From a virus: 6,200 bases of DNA. The notes beneath the pieces were generated by a model. It saw only the letters and a program-made list of their open reading frames with translations. It was not told the origin of the DNA and did no database searches. The position numbers were made by a program, and so were the translations under genes. Below, in pieces: positions 4,938 to 6,200 of this stretch (position 1 is the first letter of the stretch; each line of letters starts with the position of its first letter). The stretch is taken from IMG/VR virus record IMGVR_UViG_3300011982_000016, positions 1 to 6,200 of that record; one strand, given 5' to 3'.

Positions 4938-6200
4938 TTAACATAAATTAACGGGGTAACATTTCACTGCGTTACGCTTCTTTATCTCGTAATTCTCATT
5001 TTCCTTTAATATTCTCTCTTCCTGGTCTATCTCTATTAATGTATCAAGTTGCTTAATACAATATTTCATTTTATTTGACAAATCAATAAATTCAGAAGGC
5101 AAAGTATTAATATAAGATGAATATTTACAACGCTTTGAAAACTCTAAATACCTACTATAAGTATCGCTTTGAAAGCTAATATATTTCTTAATATTCTCAA
5201 TATCAAATGCAGAATAAAAATCTTTTATAAAATCTCTTACATTACTACTAAATATTCTAACATATTGACGATATTTTGCTAAAATACTTGCTAATTTATA
5301 TATATCATTATTTAAAATGAAACATTTTGATATATACATAAATTCGCTATTATTTACAAAATTACTCGCAATAACATTATAATACTTAAGTGTTAAATTA
5401 TCTAAAGATACTAATTTATACTGTATAAACTTCTCATCATCAACTTTCAATATCCTGTCATATAAAGCATTGTTTTTCAGACCTTTACGACAATCAAAAG
5501 CCAACACATTAGAATACATATATTTATTAATTATATATTGTGGAATTGGAGCATATCTTTTCGTAAGAGGGTTCAAAATACCTTTATGCAAAGTTTCCGA
5601 AAAGTCAGTAATTAATTGATTTTCAAGAGATTGACCAATACCATTACTTTGAAAAATACGAGGAAAACACCGCAATACTTCCAATGCTTTATCGTATTCA
5701 TGTCCTGACTTCAAATGCTCGTAATACCTACGAAGCCTAACTACTTTAGGATGGCCAAGATAAGCTACATCTTTAGTAACATACTTCGATACATAAGATG
5801 CTGCAGCATGGCGAGAACGAAGCAAAGCTTTCTCATAACTGCCTATTTTAGCATCTGGAAAGACAAAACCATAATCCAAAGATTTATCCCAGATTTCACG
5901 AACCAAATTTATAAAATTACGATACTTTGATTTGTCATGGCAAAACAAAAGTAAATGGTAGTGTTGTCGCTTAGTATCGCTTCCATACTCCATACATATA
6001 AAATACTTATAACTACCTAATTGCCTACGACGGCTATATACTTTTAATCTGTTAAGAAAAGTTTGCAAATGCTTACGATTAAACGTAGGTGCATACTCAT
6101 CATATAACGGATTATAAGTAAAAGGCAATGATTTGTTATTATATGTAAGCAAAAGCATCAAACAAGTACCACCTAATTTATATGTATCACTAATTTCAGA
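4938..6200 (-). CDS. VP4: Replication initiator protein (HUH rolling-circle endonuclease, VP4 / phiX174 A-like). The 5' end runs off the window and continues at 188-78 through the circular junction, for a full length of about 457 aa.
   Basis: Motif I is LLLTY. The HUH motif is HYHLLLF (HYH at nt 5955-5963). The di-tyrosine catalytic motif is YVSKYVTK (nt 5772-5795), with the Y-x-x-K-Y-x-x-K form of the phiX174 A protein. The ORF track's start at 6161 is a TTG codon inside a frame that stays open to base 6200 (...SEISDTYKLGGTC). The stop is TAA at 4938-4940. Confidence 0.93.
   Translation of the reverse strand, partial: SEISDTYKLGGTCLMLLLTYNNKSLPFTYNPLYDEYAPTFNRKHLQTFLNRLKVYSRRRQLGSYKYFICMEYGSDTKRQHYHLLLFCHDKSKYRNFINLVREIWDKSLDYGFVFPDAKIGSYEKALLRSRHAAASYVSKYVTKDVAYLGHPKVVRLRRYYEHLKSGHEYDKALEVLRCFPRIFQSNGIGQSLENQLITDFSETLHKGILNPLTKRYAPIPQYIINKYMYSNVLAFDCRKGLKNNALYDRILKVDDEKFIQYKLVSLDNLTLKYYNVIASNFVNNSEFMYISKCFILNNDIYKLASILAKYRQYVRIFSSNVRDFIKDFYSAFDIENIKKYISFQSDTYSRYLEFSKRCKYSSYINTLPSEFIDLSNKMKYCIKQLDTLIEIDQEERILKENENYEIKKRNAVKCYPVNLC
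5022..5051 (-). other. Candidate viral-strand (rolling-circle) origin: a 30-nt phiX174-ori-like sequence inside the rep coding region.
   Basis: The coding strand from 5051 to 5022 reads CAACTTGATA-CATTAATAGAG-ATAGACCA-G. The phiX174 30-nt origin, as I recall it, reads CAACTTGATA-TTAATAACACT-ATAGACCA-C. Both conserved blocks are identical (10 nt and 8 nt) and are separated by the same 11-nt AT-rich spacer. By analogy, the nick would fall between G (5045) and A (5044) on the minus strand. Confidence 0.6.
6124..6200. repeat. Terminal direct repeat, copy 2 (identical to 1-77).
   Basis: Same evidence as copy 1. This copy lies inside the rep coding sequence. Confidence 0.97.

Noticed and set aside
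1-6200. Prophage or integrated state, CRISPR arrays, IS elements and rRNA/tRNA genes.
   Set aside because: There is no integrase or recombinase ORF and no flanking host sequence or att-like duplication beyond the circular overlap. There are no spaced direct-repeat arrays, and nothing resembles rRNA or tRNA.

Overview
The window is a complete ssDNA phage genome of the family Microviridae. Bases 1-77 are identical to 6124-6200, so the molecule is a 6,123-nt circle written with a 77-nt overlap. All credible genes lie on the minus strand. Their order on that strand is: HUH rolling-circle Rep (VP4-like, crosses the circular junction, about 457 aa), an AT-rich non-coding stretch of about 330 nt, a 110-aa zinc peptidase of the M15/LAS type (putative endolysin), a GC-rich structured intergenic island, a 31-aa transmembrane micro-ORF missing from the ORF track, a 90-aa hypothetical protein, the major capsid protein (VP1, 672 aa), a terminator-like hairpin, and the pilot/minor capsid protein (VP2, 436 aa), followed by a second GC-rich island before Rep. 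Three features suggest an Alpavirinae-like, Bacteroidota-infecting microvirus, though no homology search was possible: the large VP1, the absence of Shine-Dalgarno motifs, and one good match to the Bacteroides promoter consensus. The most notable observation is a 30-nt segment on the coding strand inside the 3' part of rep (5022-5051). It reproduces both conserved blocks of the phiX174 viral-strand origin (CAACTTGATA and ATAGACCA) at the same 11-nt spacing, which makes it a candidate Rep nick site. Other points worth a second look are the peptidase and the small membrane peptide as a possible two-component lysis system, the two roughly 57-60% GC hairpin-rich intergenic islands in an AT-rich genome (candidate complementary-strand origins), and a family of GGGG/CCCC hairpins placed just after stop codons. 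All calls come from reading the sequence and from remembered motifs. No database search was run.
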